Assembly (NCBI GenBank): GCA_964106915.2
Contig: OZ066916.1
Strand: one strand, 5' to 3'
Length of the DNA: 64,000 nt
DNA from: Podarcis gaigeae
Lineage: Eukaryota
In this document: positions 25,721 through 38,900 of the stretch, piece by piece
Position numbering within the stretch: position 1 is the first letter of the stretch
How the letters are laid out: each line of letters begins with the position of its first letter
The notes under the pieces: model-generated
What the model was told of the DNA's origin: nothing
The model's database searches: none
Seen by the model: only the letters and a program-made list of their open reading frames with translations
Position numbers and translations under genes: made by a program

Positions 25721-26895
25721 GTAATACTGATTGTTTCCCTATGTATGATTCATTTATGGCTCTAATTTTGGAAGGGAGAGAGCAAGCACATAATTCTATA
25801 TTTTGGATAATTCAATGCTTTGCATGTTAGGGGGATGCCCTGAGGGTAAGAAGTGTCTTTAAAATGAAATTGTGATGCAAATACCATCATTTCTATGCAT
25901 TATTGATATGCCCACAAAGTGCATGCACACATACACATACAGACGCACACAATGTCTACAAAGCTTTGATAAATCCATCATTTAAGTACTTTTACAGCCA
26001 AGTAAGTTGTCTGTAATTTGTTTAGTGCTTTCAGAACCATATTCCTTTTCTCAAGTAGAATTCCTCTCCTTTTTCTTTCTTTCTTTCCGTATTTAATAAC
26101 TAGCACTGCTAGTTTACAATTGCACAAATATTGAGCTAACTTGGGGCACTGATATATTTTTCTCCTTGCTGGGGGTTCCAATTGTCTCACTGGTTGTTAT
26201 ATAAATTTATGTGGAAAAAGAGGGTTGATAATGCAATGTGTGTGTGTAAGGCACTGGAATCATCTCTCTGCCTCTCCTTTCACCCCTGTGCTCCCCGCCC
26301 CGCCCCCAATATCCTTTTGTGTTGAATGGCTGCTATGCTAGTAAGACTTTAAAGAGGAATAGCATTATCAAGCCTGTCACAGCAGCTCACCTTCTCCCAG
26401 GGAGATTGGATTCTTGATAAGTCTCTGCAATGTGATTTGTGTCAGGCCAGTAGCAACATGTACTGATCACCCCAAGCGAAAATTCAGAGAAAAAAAGGTT
26501 TTTGTGGTTTTTTTAAAAAGGTTGGAGTTGGTTGTTGTTTTTTTTGTAATTCTAGTACTTTTGGATTGATAAAGAAATCACACTTTGGGACTGGGTTCTT
26601 GGGTAGTTAGCCTTCTTTCTGCCTTTCAGTAATTAGAAAACAAAACAGATCCTTCAGAGACTGGCAAATCAGAAAGCAGCTAAAATCCCATCATTCATTA
26701 GCTTGTCAAACTGCCCCAAAAGGAATTCAGTCAATGTCACAAGATTTTCAAAAGGGATTTTACAGCAAACAGAATCAGCCAGCTTCCATTTCACCATGCC
26801 ATGGATACAAACATTTTTTTTTTAAAGAAAGTGTGTTTGTATATCAAACAAAGAGTGAGTTCCAGCAATCCTTATTGGTGTGTGTGGTGGTGGGC

Positions 26896-26897
<2 letters not shown>

Positions 26898-26945
<48 letters not shown>
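26898..26945. repeat. (GT)n microsatellite
   Basis: Direct reading of the sequence. Confidence 0.9.
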
Positions 26946-26948
<3 letters not shown>

Positions 26949-29900
26949 TGTGAGTAATTAGGGGAAAGGAAATACAGGAAGTTTTATTACTGAAATTGCC
27001 CAAAATACAACATCATAACACAGGGCTGTTTTCTGAATGCGGATTGCTACCAGACTCTGAAGAGACTTGTTTCTCATTTCATTTTAATGTGATCTGACAA
27101 ATTGCTTGGCAGAGGTGAAGGTTCTGGGAGAAAATGGGAAATGCATTTAGACGTCTTATTTTTTTTATTTTAAAAAAGCATGCATAAAAGGAAACAAATG
27201 GAGGAAACATCACTTCCAAGATGATTTAACGTGACCCTGATGATGGGCTGAAATGAGGGTTGGGAGGACATGGTGCCAAAAATGGGGCAGGGGAAGAGTT
27301 GTGTAGGGATTTTGCCATTTGCAAGTGCTGCTGAGATCTGGTCATGGCTGATGTGGCAGAGTAAAACACCAACCCTCTATGAGGAGTTTGGCCAGCTTGA
27401 AGCAGCCTGAGGGAGGACCACATTACTGCTTATCGAAACTCTGCCCAAACCAAACATTTCAGTCAGTAGCTACTATCGTTGAGCTTATTCAGAGTTGTTG
27501 GAGAAGTGGGGGATTATCTCCTTACTTTCCTCTTTCACCTGGACAATTATTGCCACATTTTAATGTTGCTGATGGTTTTGGAAATTTGCCACCAGTTGCA
27601 TTCATCAATGGCTTGAAGTGGATCAATTTCTTTTGTACTGAGTAAATGTAAAACAATTTTGCTGGATTAAAGTAACTTTCCTTCTGAAGGTCCCTTCATG
27701 CTATAAGGTGGGGAATGGGAACCTCACCCTCTCATTGGCTGCTCTTCCTCCATTATATTGGTGGCAGCCTCACCAAAGAAGATGGGAAGATTGTTCTGGT
27801 TCTTCCGATGGGAGTTGTGGTCCATCATGGAGGGGTCCAGATTGGAGAAGGCTGGTTTAGATTTTTTTACCAGGCAAAAGTACAAAATTTTGCTACAAAC
27901 TCTTGGAAATGTCTGCAAAGAGATGTGGGCCAGGCAAAAACAGCTTCGAATTTCAGTTTTGCCAGGTTCTGGACATACCTGCCAGTGCTTTAAAAGCCAA
28001 GTTGGGCTATAAAAGTACTTTTTAAAAATACTCCATGAAGTTTATTAATTAAACTTCTTTAATTTAATTACTTAATTAACCTCTCTTTTTTGGTTCAGTA
28101 CACTGCTCAGGTTTATTTGCTTTTTTTAAAAAAATCTGGTTTTTAGGACTTTATTGACTGTTGCTAACTGTATTTTATTGTTCTTATGTAATCTGCCTTG
28201 AGATTTTTAACCAAATTACACAGTATACACTTTTAATAACTAAAATACATGTAATACACTTTTAATAACTAAATACATGTAATAATAACTTTGGTCCTGG
28301 AGGGGATAGACTAGTACCTTGAATTGTCTCATGCTAATGGCTGCTGGGGAGACTGGGTTGGGGGTGCCAGTGGTAGATGCATATGGAATCTGCCTTGGGG
28401 ATGTAGTCAACATAGCACTAAGAGACTGAGAGTATCCTCCATCCAGAGAACCCTGGGACGAATGCAAACAGTTAGCATGGGGTAATCTAACACATTGCAC
28501 TTGTGCCAGCACTTGCATCTCCTTGCCAAGCAATCAGGAGAAAGATACCTGATTAGAAAGATAGGTGTGATAGAATGTTCCTCACCATATGGAAGGGAAC
28601 TTCAGGCAAACAGATTTCCATGTTCAACATTTATTCCATGCACAATGGCATAACTTAACACCTGCCAATGAATGTCCATATTCAACCCTAATCTCAGATG
28701 TGTAAGGGCTTGTGGTTGCTCAAAGCTACACTTTTGTCCATCATTTCTTCACATAAAGACAAGCTATAAGGATAAGCACAGCAGCAATGAGCTCCATCTT
28801 AAATTAAGCCTATATCATTTTCAGATGATGGAAGTGTTACCCAGTTCAAATCATGTGTTCCTAACGTTTTCAGACTGCTTTTATGCTCCATATTGCATTC
28901 AACTGTGCATCATATGTCTTCTATATAAACATATCAATGCAACGTTGACACCAGGACACATGGTATGCCTACTCTTGAAAATCAGTCCAATTATGCTTGC
29001 AAACAAAACATTGGCAGGTATGGAATTTTTCAAAATAATATGCCATGTATGGTTTGCAGTTGCATTCAGAACCTATTACTTACTAATCCAATTTATCAGA
29101 TTGTTTCTATACCTTACTTCTGATACCAATAAATATTGAGAGCTATAGTTGTGTAGTAGTGTTGCACAAGGACTGGGAGAGTAGGGCTCAAACCACACAC
29201 ACACACACACAGCCATGAAACTTGCTGGGTGACTCTCGGCCAGTTAGTGTCTCTTAGATTAATTAACCTTCCTCACAGTGTGGCAGATTCACAAGACAAG
29301 CTATTAAAACGAAGACCTTAGAACTGCCCTTTTTGCTCCCTAGGCTGCAATCGCCATATAACCTCAAGGTTATTTTTTGTATGTTAAATGTTATTTTCAA
29401 ACATGCAAAAAGTAAGCTATGCTGCACTTTTTGGAAACCTCAAAGGACGTGTTCACACCTTGGTATAAATACAACCCAAGATTTTCACTCATTGTTAACA
29501 CTTCCACCAAGGAGTCTTTTTTGCACAATGCTGAATATATTGGGCACAATCCAACATATGCTGTTCCCACACAAATTCCACTGGAAAAAATGTGGTACTT
29601 GTGGGAGCAATAGCTGGGAGATTAGGCTCACTTATTGTTGCTGGCAACGCCAAGCGCAAGCATTCCACTCGTCTGATTTGGCATCCAGTTAGTCTAATGA
29701 GCTATTAATATCATACATCTAGATGCTTTATATTTTTGGTCAAAAATATATAGGCAAAGAAAATTTCCCATTCATCATGTGATATTTTTGCAGGAATCAA
29801 TGTATATCTAGCACCTGCGACCCCTTTCTTGATGCTTCCTATAGCTGGAATGTGCTGTTTGTTTTCTGGGATACAGTTCTCAATGCGAGAGGCATAACCT

Positions 29901-30158
29901 TTTCACAGGTGGATGGTTGTGAAAACTGCTGCTGAGCTGAGTTTTTCAGTTTGGCCAGTTACCAGCTGAGCTTACCACATTCCAGCTAGTGTGTAGCAGG
30001 CATCTGTGTAGGTGGCCAGTTATTATCCCACCAACATGGAGAGAGCTGTGTATCGTTACCAGGGCAGTGGACAGGAGATGCTTTATTTGATGAGGATTTA
30101 GTAAACACTGAGTTCTCACACTCCCATAGGACCTTCCACCAAACCTGAAGGTTGAGAA

Positions 30159-30187
<29 letters not shown>

Positions 30188-30189
<2 letters not shown>

Positions 30190-30465
30190 GCAGGTTTTGG
30201 TGTCCTCGGGTGTCTTCCCGTGTAAAAGTTGGGGTGTCTAGGCGACGTTTCGACGAGGTCTCACTCGTCATCTTCAGGCTGGTGCTTTCGGCTTCTTGTT
30301 ACTGGAACAGAGCTCTGTTCCAGTAACAAGAAGCCGAAAGCACCAGCCTGAAGATGACGAGTGAGACCTCGTCGAAACGTCGCCTAGACACCCCAACTTT
30401 TACACGGGAAGACACCCGAGGACACCAAAACCTGCATTCCTGTACCCGTGAAAATCTACGAAAGC

Positions 30466-30466
<1 letters not shown>
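30188..30466. mobile_element. Penelope-like element remnant: inverted pseudo-LTR pair forming a perfect 250-bp palindrome, inserted in (TA)n
   Basis: Arms 30188-30312 and 30313-30437 are exact reverse complements. They contain ctgaaga...gaaacgtc, and the right arm extends to ccgtgaaaatctacgaaagc, both typical of Penelope pLTRs. (TA)n flanks both sides. Confidence 0.8.
30346..30383 (+). ncRNA. Minimal type-I hammerhead ribozyme motif (mirror copy on the - strand at 30242-30279)
   Basis: CUGAAGA (30348-30354), U, stem II gacgag/ctcgtc with a 6-nt loop, GAAA (30374-30377), CG, UC cleavage triplet ending at 30381. Stem I is only 2-3 bp. Confidence 0.6.

Positions 30467-30538
<72 letters not shown>
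30467..30538. repeat. Compound (TA)n(CA)n(GA)n microsatellite; (TA)n also at 30163-30189
   Basis: Direct reading of the sequence. Confidence 0.9.
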
Positions 30539-30539
<1 letters not shown>

Positions 30540-32648
30540 TATCTAGTAAGCCGGAGCACTATTGCAAACAAAAGTTTCCTTTCCTGGCTCAGTTAGTCAC
30601 CTTGGGTAAATAACTCATGTTATACAATTGATACCATGAGCTCTTCCATTTCCTAGAGCACTTGTGTGCTCATTTATGATATACAAAAATTAAGAATATA
30701 ATTCTTGCTTAACATGGACACCCACACCCAAACATGCCAGCTAGAAGAAATGCCAAGCAGAGGGGAAGGTGATGTTATTTCTGGAGGCTAGAAAGCTGTC
30801 ATAAAATCTGATTGGTGGTGTGCCGGGGGGTAGGGGGAGAGAGAGAGAAGGGCCAAATATATAAAAGTATGCCTGACTCTTTAAACAGAAACATCAGAAA
30901 CTGATACCCTAATCTATCTGTCAATGCCCCAGTTTATAGACTATTCAGTATTCACTTAGCTTTTTACAAAATAGTTGACATCTCCCAAGGGTCAATCCAT
31001 AACATTTTGCTGCCTGAGATAAAGTACAGAAAACCACCAGTCTGACACAGTGGCAAAGCACCCATTGAGGGCAGCAGCAGGCTAGCTTGGGGTGGTAGCA
31101 AGGAAGCCACATGGCACCCACAGCTCTGTCATCTAACTGATCACCATCACTCTCTTGCCTGCCCCCCAGCACCTGCTGCCTGAGGCATCCACCTCAATTG
31201 GCAGGGGCAGCCCTGCTTCTATCCTGTGGATTCTTTTTTTCAGCACCTCCCAATTGACTCAGGCTTCCTGCATCACACCCTGTGACGTCATGGATCTATA
31301 GTCAGCAAACTGTTATTTAACTGAGGTGGCTCAGCCCTTTGCACTGTGATGTAAAGGAATATGACAGGTGACCAAAATCTCTGGGAATCAGCAACAAATA
31401 AACAAACAAATAAATTTTTATTTATACCCCGCCCTTCCCAGTTCAGAAAACCAGACTCAGGGAGGCTAACAACAAATTTAAAACACTTAATTGATGCAAC
31501 AAAAAACAGCATAAAATACAGTATAAAACAAGAATAACAATAAATTCAGAATTCAAAAAACAATTTAGGGGGGAAATCCATCCAATAAACATTAGATGAT
31601 CACCAGGGCTAGCTGGCTAAATTAGTCCTATTTGGGCCAGCGAGGAGACCAGGGGAGAATTAGCTGTGGGATCCCAGAGCGGGGGGTTTGCACCCCTACA
31701 TCAGTTAAAGAGCCCATTCCAAATCAATGTCATACTACAAGCTATGATTTTTTAAAAGTTCTGAAAAAATGGAAGTACAGCTAAATGTTCAAAAGCCTGC
31801 TTTTTGTTTTAGGCAGATGCTTAAAGGCCATAAAAAACATTACAGTAAAAATTAACTAACTAAAGGTGTGAATGTAGAGGGCAGGGAGATCGAGAACTTG
31901 ATTATGGCATAAAGCCACATTTATTCATATATTTTTAATCATAGCCTGTTTCAAATCATTAACCGGACTAGTTATACATCCTGGCTTTATATACATCCAT
32001 ATAAATGATTAATGTAGTTGCTTGTAGTTTTTAGAAAGATCCAGTCCTGGCTCCATGGCAATTCCCATTTCTACCTTGCCATCCTAATTATTAGTTTGCA
32101 CCCATGTTTGCAGTGATAAATTATCTAGGAGTTTTAAGGGACCAGAGAACGAACCTGTTTGACTTGATTCCTGCCAATGCTGTTCATTGTTCAAGTATCC
32201 CTATAGTACAACTCTGTACATGGTTTCCCACAAAGAACCCTGGGATCTGTAGTCGGGTAGAGTGCTGAGAATTGTTAGGAGACCTTTATTCCCTTCACAG
32301 AGCTGCAATTCCTCGAGTGGTTTATTAAGCCCAGTGCTTTTTTTCTAAAAAAATGTTTAGGGGAACTGAGGCAGAGAGAGAATAATTGGCCTTGGGTCAC
32401 ACAATGCATCCACTCACTCTGCTTCCCCCAAGTTTTCTAGGAATGGGAGACTATGGGAACAGTGCTTAGAATACATGACTAGAGAGGTACACAACTACAG
32501 GTCCCAGAGTTTCATGTAGCCACACCTGACTGAACGACAATGCCATTCTATGAATCAGCAGCGAGGATGTTTCCAAAATGGCTGCCAGACATTTCCAGAA
32601 CAAAAGAGAAGGAAAACATATGGAAGTGGTACAGGAGATGAGGAGGAG

Positions 32649-32733
32649 CAGGGCATTTTTCCCCCGGCTGGAACTGAACCAGGGAGGTCCTCAGGGTGAT
32701 ATCCAGCACTCTTTTTCTAGAAAAATAGCACTG
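32649..32733. mobile_element. Small hAT-type MITE
   Basis: Ends cagggcattttt / aaaaatagcactg; 8-bp TSD aggaggag / aggaagag. Confidence 0.55.
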
Positions 32734-34009
32734 AGGAAGAGGATTTCCTTTCCTATTTTTTCACACCAATACATAGGCCCTTGTACTATCCCACCATTCT
32801 GTGTTATCTGATCCAGAGCCATTTCTGAAGAGCAGCTTGTTGTTCCCGGCCTCTGTTCAGCTTCTCCCCTCACTACCAGCTGCTTCCTAGGGCCCCATAA
32901 AGCCTTAGGCACATCCTAGATGGGAGCCTCCCTAGCTTCATGTTCATCCATCTAACTGGATGCATATGCAACAAGTATGAGCAAATATCACATCATCCTG
33001 GTTCATGGAAGATGCTCTATTAATAAATCTGAATTTAGCACAAAACAAGTGAACCCAGACAGAGATCATTTTGCTTCAGCCAGTTAGAGACAATTATAGT
33101 GTATGATTAGCTCTACCGAGGGGAGACTGTATAAACAACACAGAGTTGTATGAAATTCTGCTCTTAAGCCCTTCTCTTCAGAAGGATGTCAAGCTCTGTG
33201 CGGACATGTAAGAAAAATTCATAAAATCAACCCTGGGGTGTTTTCTTTTTTTCCAAGGAGCAAAAAATCTTAGACGTGAATTCTTTGCTGCCATAGACTA
33301 AATATGTACCTTCAGGGGAAAGCTGGCACTGCAAAATCGTTCCTAGGTTGCAAAAAAGTACAATGCAGGTACAAGGCTTTGCTTTCTTTCATGGCCAGAG
33401 ATAAATCTAATAACTATACATTCATTTCTGTATTTGGTGTCTTTCTATACTGCATTTTGAGCGAAAACAGTTAGAAATGTGACATTTTAGATTCAGCCAA
33501 TGAAAACGGAAGCGCGAGACAGGTGTTCCCCTTGCATGGCGAGAATCACATGACAGAACACTGGGGCTGGGTTAGTGAGATCCAACCCTTCTGTTGTACT
33601 TCCACCACCTTGCCTTACCACCCTCCGCGAATTGAAGGGCAAACGGGTCTGCAGTAGGGAATCCAATGCATTTGAAGAGTTTTCCTGTGCAATGTAGAGC
33701 CCAAATTGTGTATGGTTCTAAATCACAATGGATAATACAACAGGGTCCCCAATACAGGCATTTTCCTGGACAGTGGTGGGACTGTGGACTAGGATGTGGG
33801 AGAAGTGGCAGAACTACTGGGGAGTCCCCCTCATCCTATGAGCAGAGAAACCCCTGAGTAGGGCTAGAGTTGCCCTCAAGTTAAAGCAATACATTTGCAA
33901 TGGATCCATTGGACATGTCTGTATCATACACTTAGAATCATAGAACGGATACAATCAGTTGAAAGCTGCACCCTGCAATTTCCACCCATTAGTCCTGGAA
34001 CAACAGAGA

Positions 34010-35180
34010 GCAAGCCTGCTCCAGCCCTTCAGTTATTTGAAGACAGCCATCATCTACCCTTAATCTTCTCTTTCCCCAGGCTAAACATATCCAACTCCTT
34101 CAATGATTCCTCATAGGATGTGACTTCCAGATCCTTTGGGCTGGGTGTTCATCAGTATGTGGATGATACCCAGCTCTACCTCTTTCAAATCAGAACCAGT
34201 GAAGGCGGTGAAGGTCCTGTGTGAGTGCCTGGAGGTGGTTGGAGGATGGATGGCGGCTAACAGATTGAGGTTGAATCCTGACAAGACAGAAGTACTGTTT
34301 TGGGAGGACAGGAGGCGGGTGGGTGTGGAGGACTCCCTGGTCCTGAATGGGGTAACTGTGCCCCTGAAGGACTAGGTGCGCAGGCTGGGAGTCATTTTGG
34401 ACTCACAGCTGTCCATAGAGGCGCAGGTCAATTCTGTGTCCAGGGCAGCTGTTTATCAGCTCCATCTGGTACGCAGGCTGAGACCATACATGCCCGCAGA
34501 CTGTCTCACCAGAGTGGTGCATGCTCTGGTATCTCCTGCTTGGACTACAGCAATGCACTCTATGTGGGGCTATCTTTGAAGGTGACCCGGAAACTACAAC
34601 TAATCCAGAATGCGGCAGCTAAACTGGTGACTGGGAGCGGCCGCCGAGACCATATAACACCGGTCTTGAAAGACCTACACTGGCTCCCAGTACGTTTCTG
34701 AGCACAATTCAAAGTGTTGGTGCTGACCTTTAAAGCCCTAAACAGCCTCGGTCCGGTATACCTGAAGGAGCATCTCCAACTCTATCATTCTTCCCGGACA
34801 CTGAGGTCCAGCGCCAAGGGCCTTCTGGCAGTTCCCTTGCTACGAGAAGCCAAGTTACAGGGAACCAGGCAGAGAGCCTTCTCGGTAGTGGCACCCGCCC
34901 TGTGGAACGCCCTCCCACCAGATGTCAAAGAGAAAAATAACTACCAAACTTTTAGAAGACATCTGAAAGCAGCCGTGTTTAGGGAATCTTTAAATATTTA
35001 ATAGGTTATTGTATTTTAGTGTTTTGCTGGAAGCCGCCAGAGTGGCTGGGGAAACCCAGCCAGATGGGCGGGGTCTAAATAAATATTATTATTATTATTA
35101 TTATACCATCCCAATCACCTCTCCCTCTTCAGCTGGTCAATGTCCTTAAAATGTAGAATCCAGAACTGTGGCCTGAACAG
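34010..35180 (-). mobile_element. Old CR1 fragment split by the L2 insertion (about 34010-34133 and 35104-35180)
   Basis: ggctaaacatatccaactccttcaatgattcctcatagga...ttccagatcctt resumes after the L2 tail with gtcaatgtccttaaaatgtagaatccagaactg, as in antisense CR1 ORF2 3' region. Confidence 0.55.
34134..35103 (+). mobile_element. L2-clade LINE, 5'-truncated, frameshifted RT C-terminus plus (TTA)n tail
   Basis: HQYVDDTQLY (YADD-like), NRLRLNPDKTEVL, LGVILDSQLS, LDYSNALYVGL, QNAAAKLVTG, HITPVLKDLHWLPV are spread over several frames; tail ends in (tta)n. Confidence 0.92.
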
Positions 35181-38100
35181 CTCTTTAACTGGTTTAATCA
35201 TTCTTCCTTCTCCCATGAAACTCTGGGACCTGTAGTTGTGTACCTCTCTAGTCATGTATTCTAAGCACTGTTCTCATGGTCTCCCATTCCTAGAATACTT
35301 GGGGGAAGCAGAATGAGTGGATACATTGTGTGACTCAAAGCCAATTACTCTCCCTCTTCCTCAGTCCCCATTTGTAAAATGGGAATCATACCACACAGGA
35401 TAGTTGCAAGAGCAACCTTAAATTATTTTATATGCAAATGAAAAGGAGTAGTGAGGTAGTTTGTAGGATCAAAGGAAAACTGTGCAAAAAAAATTATCAA
35501 ATAATAAAACCTCATGGATTTTGTATTCTGAACGCATGGCAGACTAGTCATTTAACTGCTTCGAATTAATGTACACTTCCCCTCCTGACTACCTAGGCGA
35601 GAATTATTGGAAGCATGCAAGTTCCTATGATGTGTATAATGAATGGAGGTGTGTGAGTGATGCTTGAATAAAAGTATAAACATTCCACAGGTGTCGGCCA
35701 GTTGGGATGTAAACTGAATAATCTGCAGGGGCTGGAGGAGGAGTTAATCATCCTAAGGTGATTTCACATTTCCGCCATTTAGAACTTTGCTATGTGGAGC
35801 CATAAGTTCAGTGTCAGGTGTTCCTATGAAATCCTATAGCAGAGCCCATGCTCAGGGCAACGCTTGAAAACAGCTGACACTCTGAATGAGTGTTTGTGAC
35901 ACTTTCATGGCAGTGCTTTAACAAGGGCTCTTTTCATGTGCAGCCCAGGCTGGAGCCGATTCAGCTTCAGTCAGTGCACCATGATTAAGGATGGAATACT
36001 AGTGTCATTTAGCAGTCCTCAACAGTGTGATAAGGCAAAGGACAGACTAACCACACAAGCAATAGTCATGCAAAGGTTTCATCTAAGGGTAGCCAACTTC
36101 ATACCTTCCAGGTATTTTTGGCTACAGCTCCATCATCCCTGGCTATTGGTCATGCTTGGTGCAACTTATGGGAATTGTAGTCCACAACATCTGGAGGGAC
36201 CACACTGACCACGCCTGAAACAGAGGATGCCTTCAAATACAGTAGAAGACTGTCTTCTGACAGCCCTTAAAATAGAGGGCAGTACTGGCTAAAGCAGGAA
36301 GCCCTGCAACCCTACAACTTGAATTGAGGGAACACCTCCAAGTAGTAGCCAGCAGCATGCAATCCTTGCTTGCAAAATGCAAGCTTGCTATACTAATGTT
36401 TAATATTTACTAGTGATACGTGTGTGTTCTACTTTGTTCCCGTCTTTTCTTCTTTTATAGGCTGAGCTCTGCTTATATTCACAGATACAAAACTACGTCT
36501 GGCAACTGCTTTTCTCTACCTTGGAAGCAGATGTGTAGGACTAACTTCTAAGAGGAAGGCGATCGAGTTGTTTATAGCCATGCAGGTCCCCCAAAATGGG
36601 ATCTATACAGCAGGCAAATGTATACCTTTTTAATGGACCAACTAATTATTCAGCAGCTGCACACTTTCAAACCTTGCAACTGAAAGTTCAGCTGAAAACT
36701 CACACCTTGCTTGAATGGTGTATTTTCTTTTGCCATTCCAGTTTTATAGGCTATGAAATTTGACACACTAAGCCACCTTCTCTGGCCAAGCTGTAACTGA
36801 ATCAACAATCCTGATAATTTCTTGGCTCTCTGAGCCTACAAAAATGCATGCCAAATCAACCATTGAGTCTCTAAGGTGTCATATGAGATTATGCCCAATG
36901 GTCTGGCCATGTAAGCCACAGCACTGAGAAATGGGATCCAAAAGAGTGACTTATTTCCTTGCACCAGCAAAGGGGTCCATTGTCACAACAGCACTGGTAA
37001 ATGCCCCCATGTCATAGATTCAGTGGCTGCCCTAATCATTTAACCATTTGTCTTTCCTAGAAAGATGCTCGGACTGGCAGGCTGTATAGTTTGCAACCCA
37101 TAATTGCCTAATTTTCCTTTTTGGAATCAGAGGGACTTTTGTCTTGTTCAAGTGTTAAACAAATCTCCTCCGTCTTGGTGGGCTTTTCCTTTATTGTACT
37201 GTTTCAGCACCATTTAGTATAGTTCCAACTAAAGGAAAATGCTCATCTTAAATGTTTGCACATTTTGTTCTGCCTAAGCCATATAAGACCCACACAGGTA
37301 TAAAGGCTCCAATATCACATCTTGTGACCCTCTAAACCGACTGCAGCCAATCATTCATGCTTGGGAACCTCTTGGAACTGCAAAAACAGAAATTATCAAG
37401 CGCCTGGCAGACTACAGTGTGGAAGTTGTGGCTGTATTACTAGCTGTGCAGGTCTGCTGTAATCAAAACATATGTCAATCTACCTCTCAATCACCTATTC
37501 CCATACTAGGCATTCTCTGAATCCCATATAAAACTATATTTAACTTCCAGCCCTGCATGCAAAGCTGAGAGTGTTTCCAATAAGCCACTTCCTCCAACTA
37601 TTTTTAAAATGACCATAGTCCTACTGTTTATTATGCTATTACTGAAGCAGCTTTATCACCAGTCTAAAGAGAGAGAGAGAGAGAGAGAAGGAAAACATCT
37701 GCATCTGTAAAAAAGATTGGGCAAACTTACTCCTGAAGATTAGTGACAGTAAACCACTTACATTGCCCTAGATAATCACATCATGCCCATAAAGAATTTC
37801 TGTTTGCACATGTAATCCACAGGTGGAAATCAAATACTGAAAACCAGCACCTCCATTTAAAAACATAAGATTAGCCATGGTCAAACTGCTTGTGAGATTA
37901 AACAATCCACTGGTAGAAGCTCTTTAATCTTCCAGCTCCTTCAAAGGGCATTCTAAAAGTCAGACTATCAATAACATAATTTAAAAGGAAGACATTCTGT
38001 GGCTTAGGTGTGGTTTCAAAACATCTATTTTCTTTTAAATGTTAAAACTTTCCCAATATTATTCTTCAAAAGAAGGAAAAGACTGTTGCTTTAAAAATAA

Positions 38101-38869
38101 AATCTCTTTTCAAAGAGATATCTGATTGTGTGATCAGTGTGTTCAAAGTGACCACCTTTCCAGGTTTTAGGGCAGTTTCAGCCAAGTGGGCTTGTGGGTC
38201 ATCAATGCTATGAATCAGAACTCCTGACCTGTCACACATCTTCAGAGTGCCCCAAATCCGCTACAATAAGTCAAAATCTCCACAAAAGCATCTCTTATAC
38301 GAAGTATGGTTGCTGTTTAGGTGCCAATACTGATACTCTGGTGTGATAGAAGCAACATGAAGCAAGTAAGGAGGTAAAAAAATGCCTTTTGTTGGGTCCC
38401 AGGATTTATCTACACAAGGTTTTGGAATGGTTGTATGATTCTCTAGATAGAATTACAGACTGGTTTTGTTTCTCCCACACCTATGTCCTTCCAAAAAGCA
38501 TTCACCACTGACTTCAACCTTAGAATGTTGCTGCTGCTGCTGCTACTAATATTATTTAGTCTTTAAATCCAACAAAAAGAAAACATGTTTTTTAAAAAAG
38601 CATGTATAGTATCCATTCAATGAAAAATAATTTCAAAAACCACATCCTTCTGATAAATGTGTCAGTTTTAAAAATAAATAAGCAGACATTGGAAGGAACT
38701 AGGGTACTCTGAAAGGACTTCAAGAAAGATAACCTTAATCTACTCAAACAATAATAAACCAACCACAGATGAATGGTAAGAAAATGAGATTTTTAAACTA
38801 AGTGAGGAAGAATTTGATATTTTATTTTTACTTTACAGTGAACCTGATTAAAATTCCAAGACTCTCATC

Positions 38870-38900
38870 ATGAAGTCAAGAACAATTGCAACAATATTTG
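38870..38900 (+). CDS. VIT: VIT coding exon 1 (MKSRTIATIF; exon starts at 38839)
   Basis: Acceptor ctttacag at 38838, ATG 38870, donor gtaagt; start of the signal peptide. Confidence 0.8.

Noticed and set aside
28672-29139. 155-aa ORF
   Set aside because: No recognisable domain, AT-rich intron-like composition, no supporting splice structure.
34134-35001. Functional reverse transcriptase gene
   Set aside because: 5'-truncated, with multiple frameshifts and in-frame stops.
36461-36585. Possible extra VIT 5'UTR exon after a strong polypyrimidine tract and AG
   Set aside because: Donor is weak (cag|gtcccc) and nothing else supports it.
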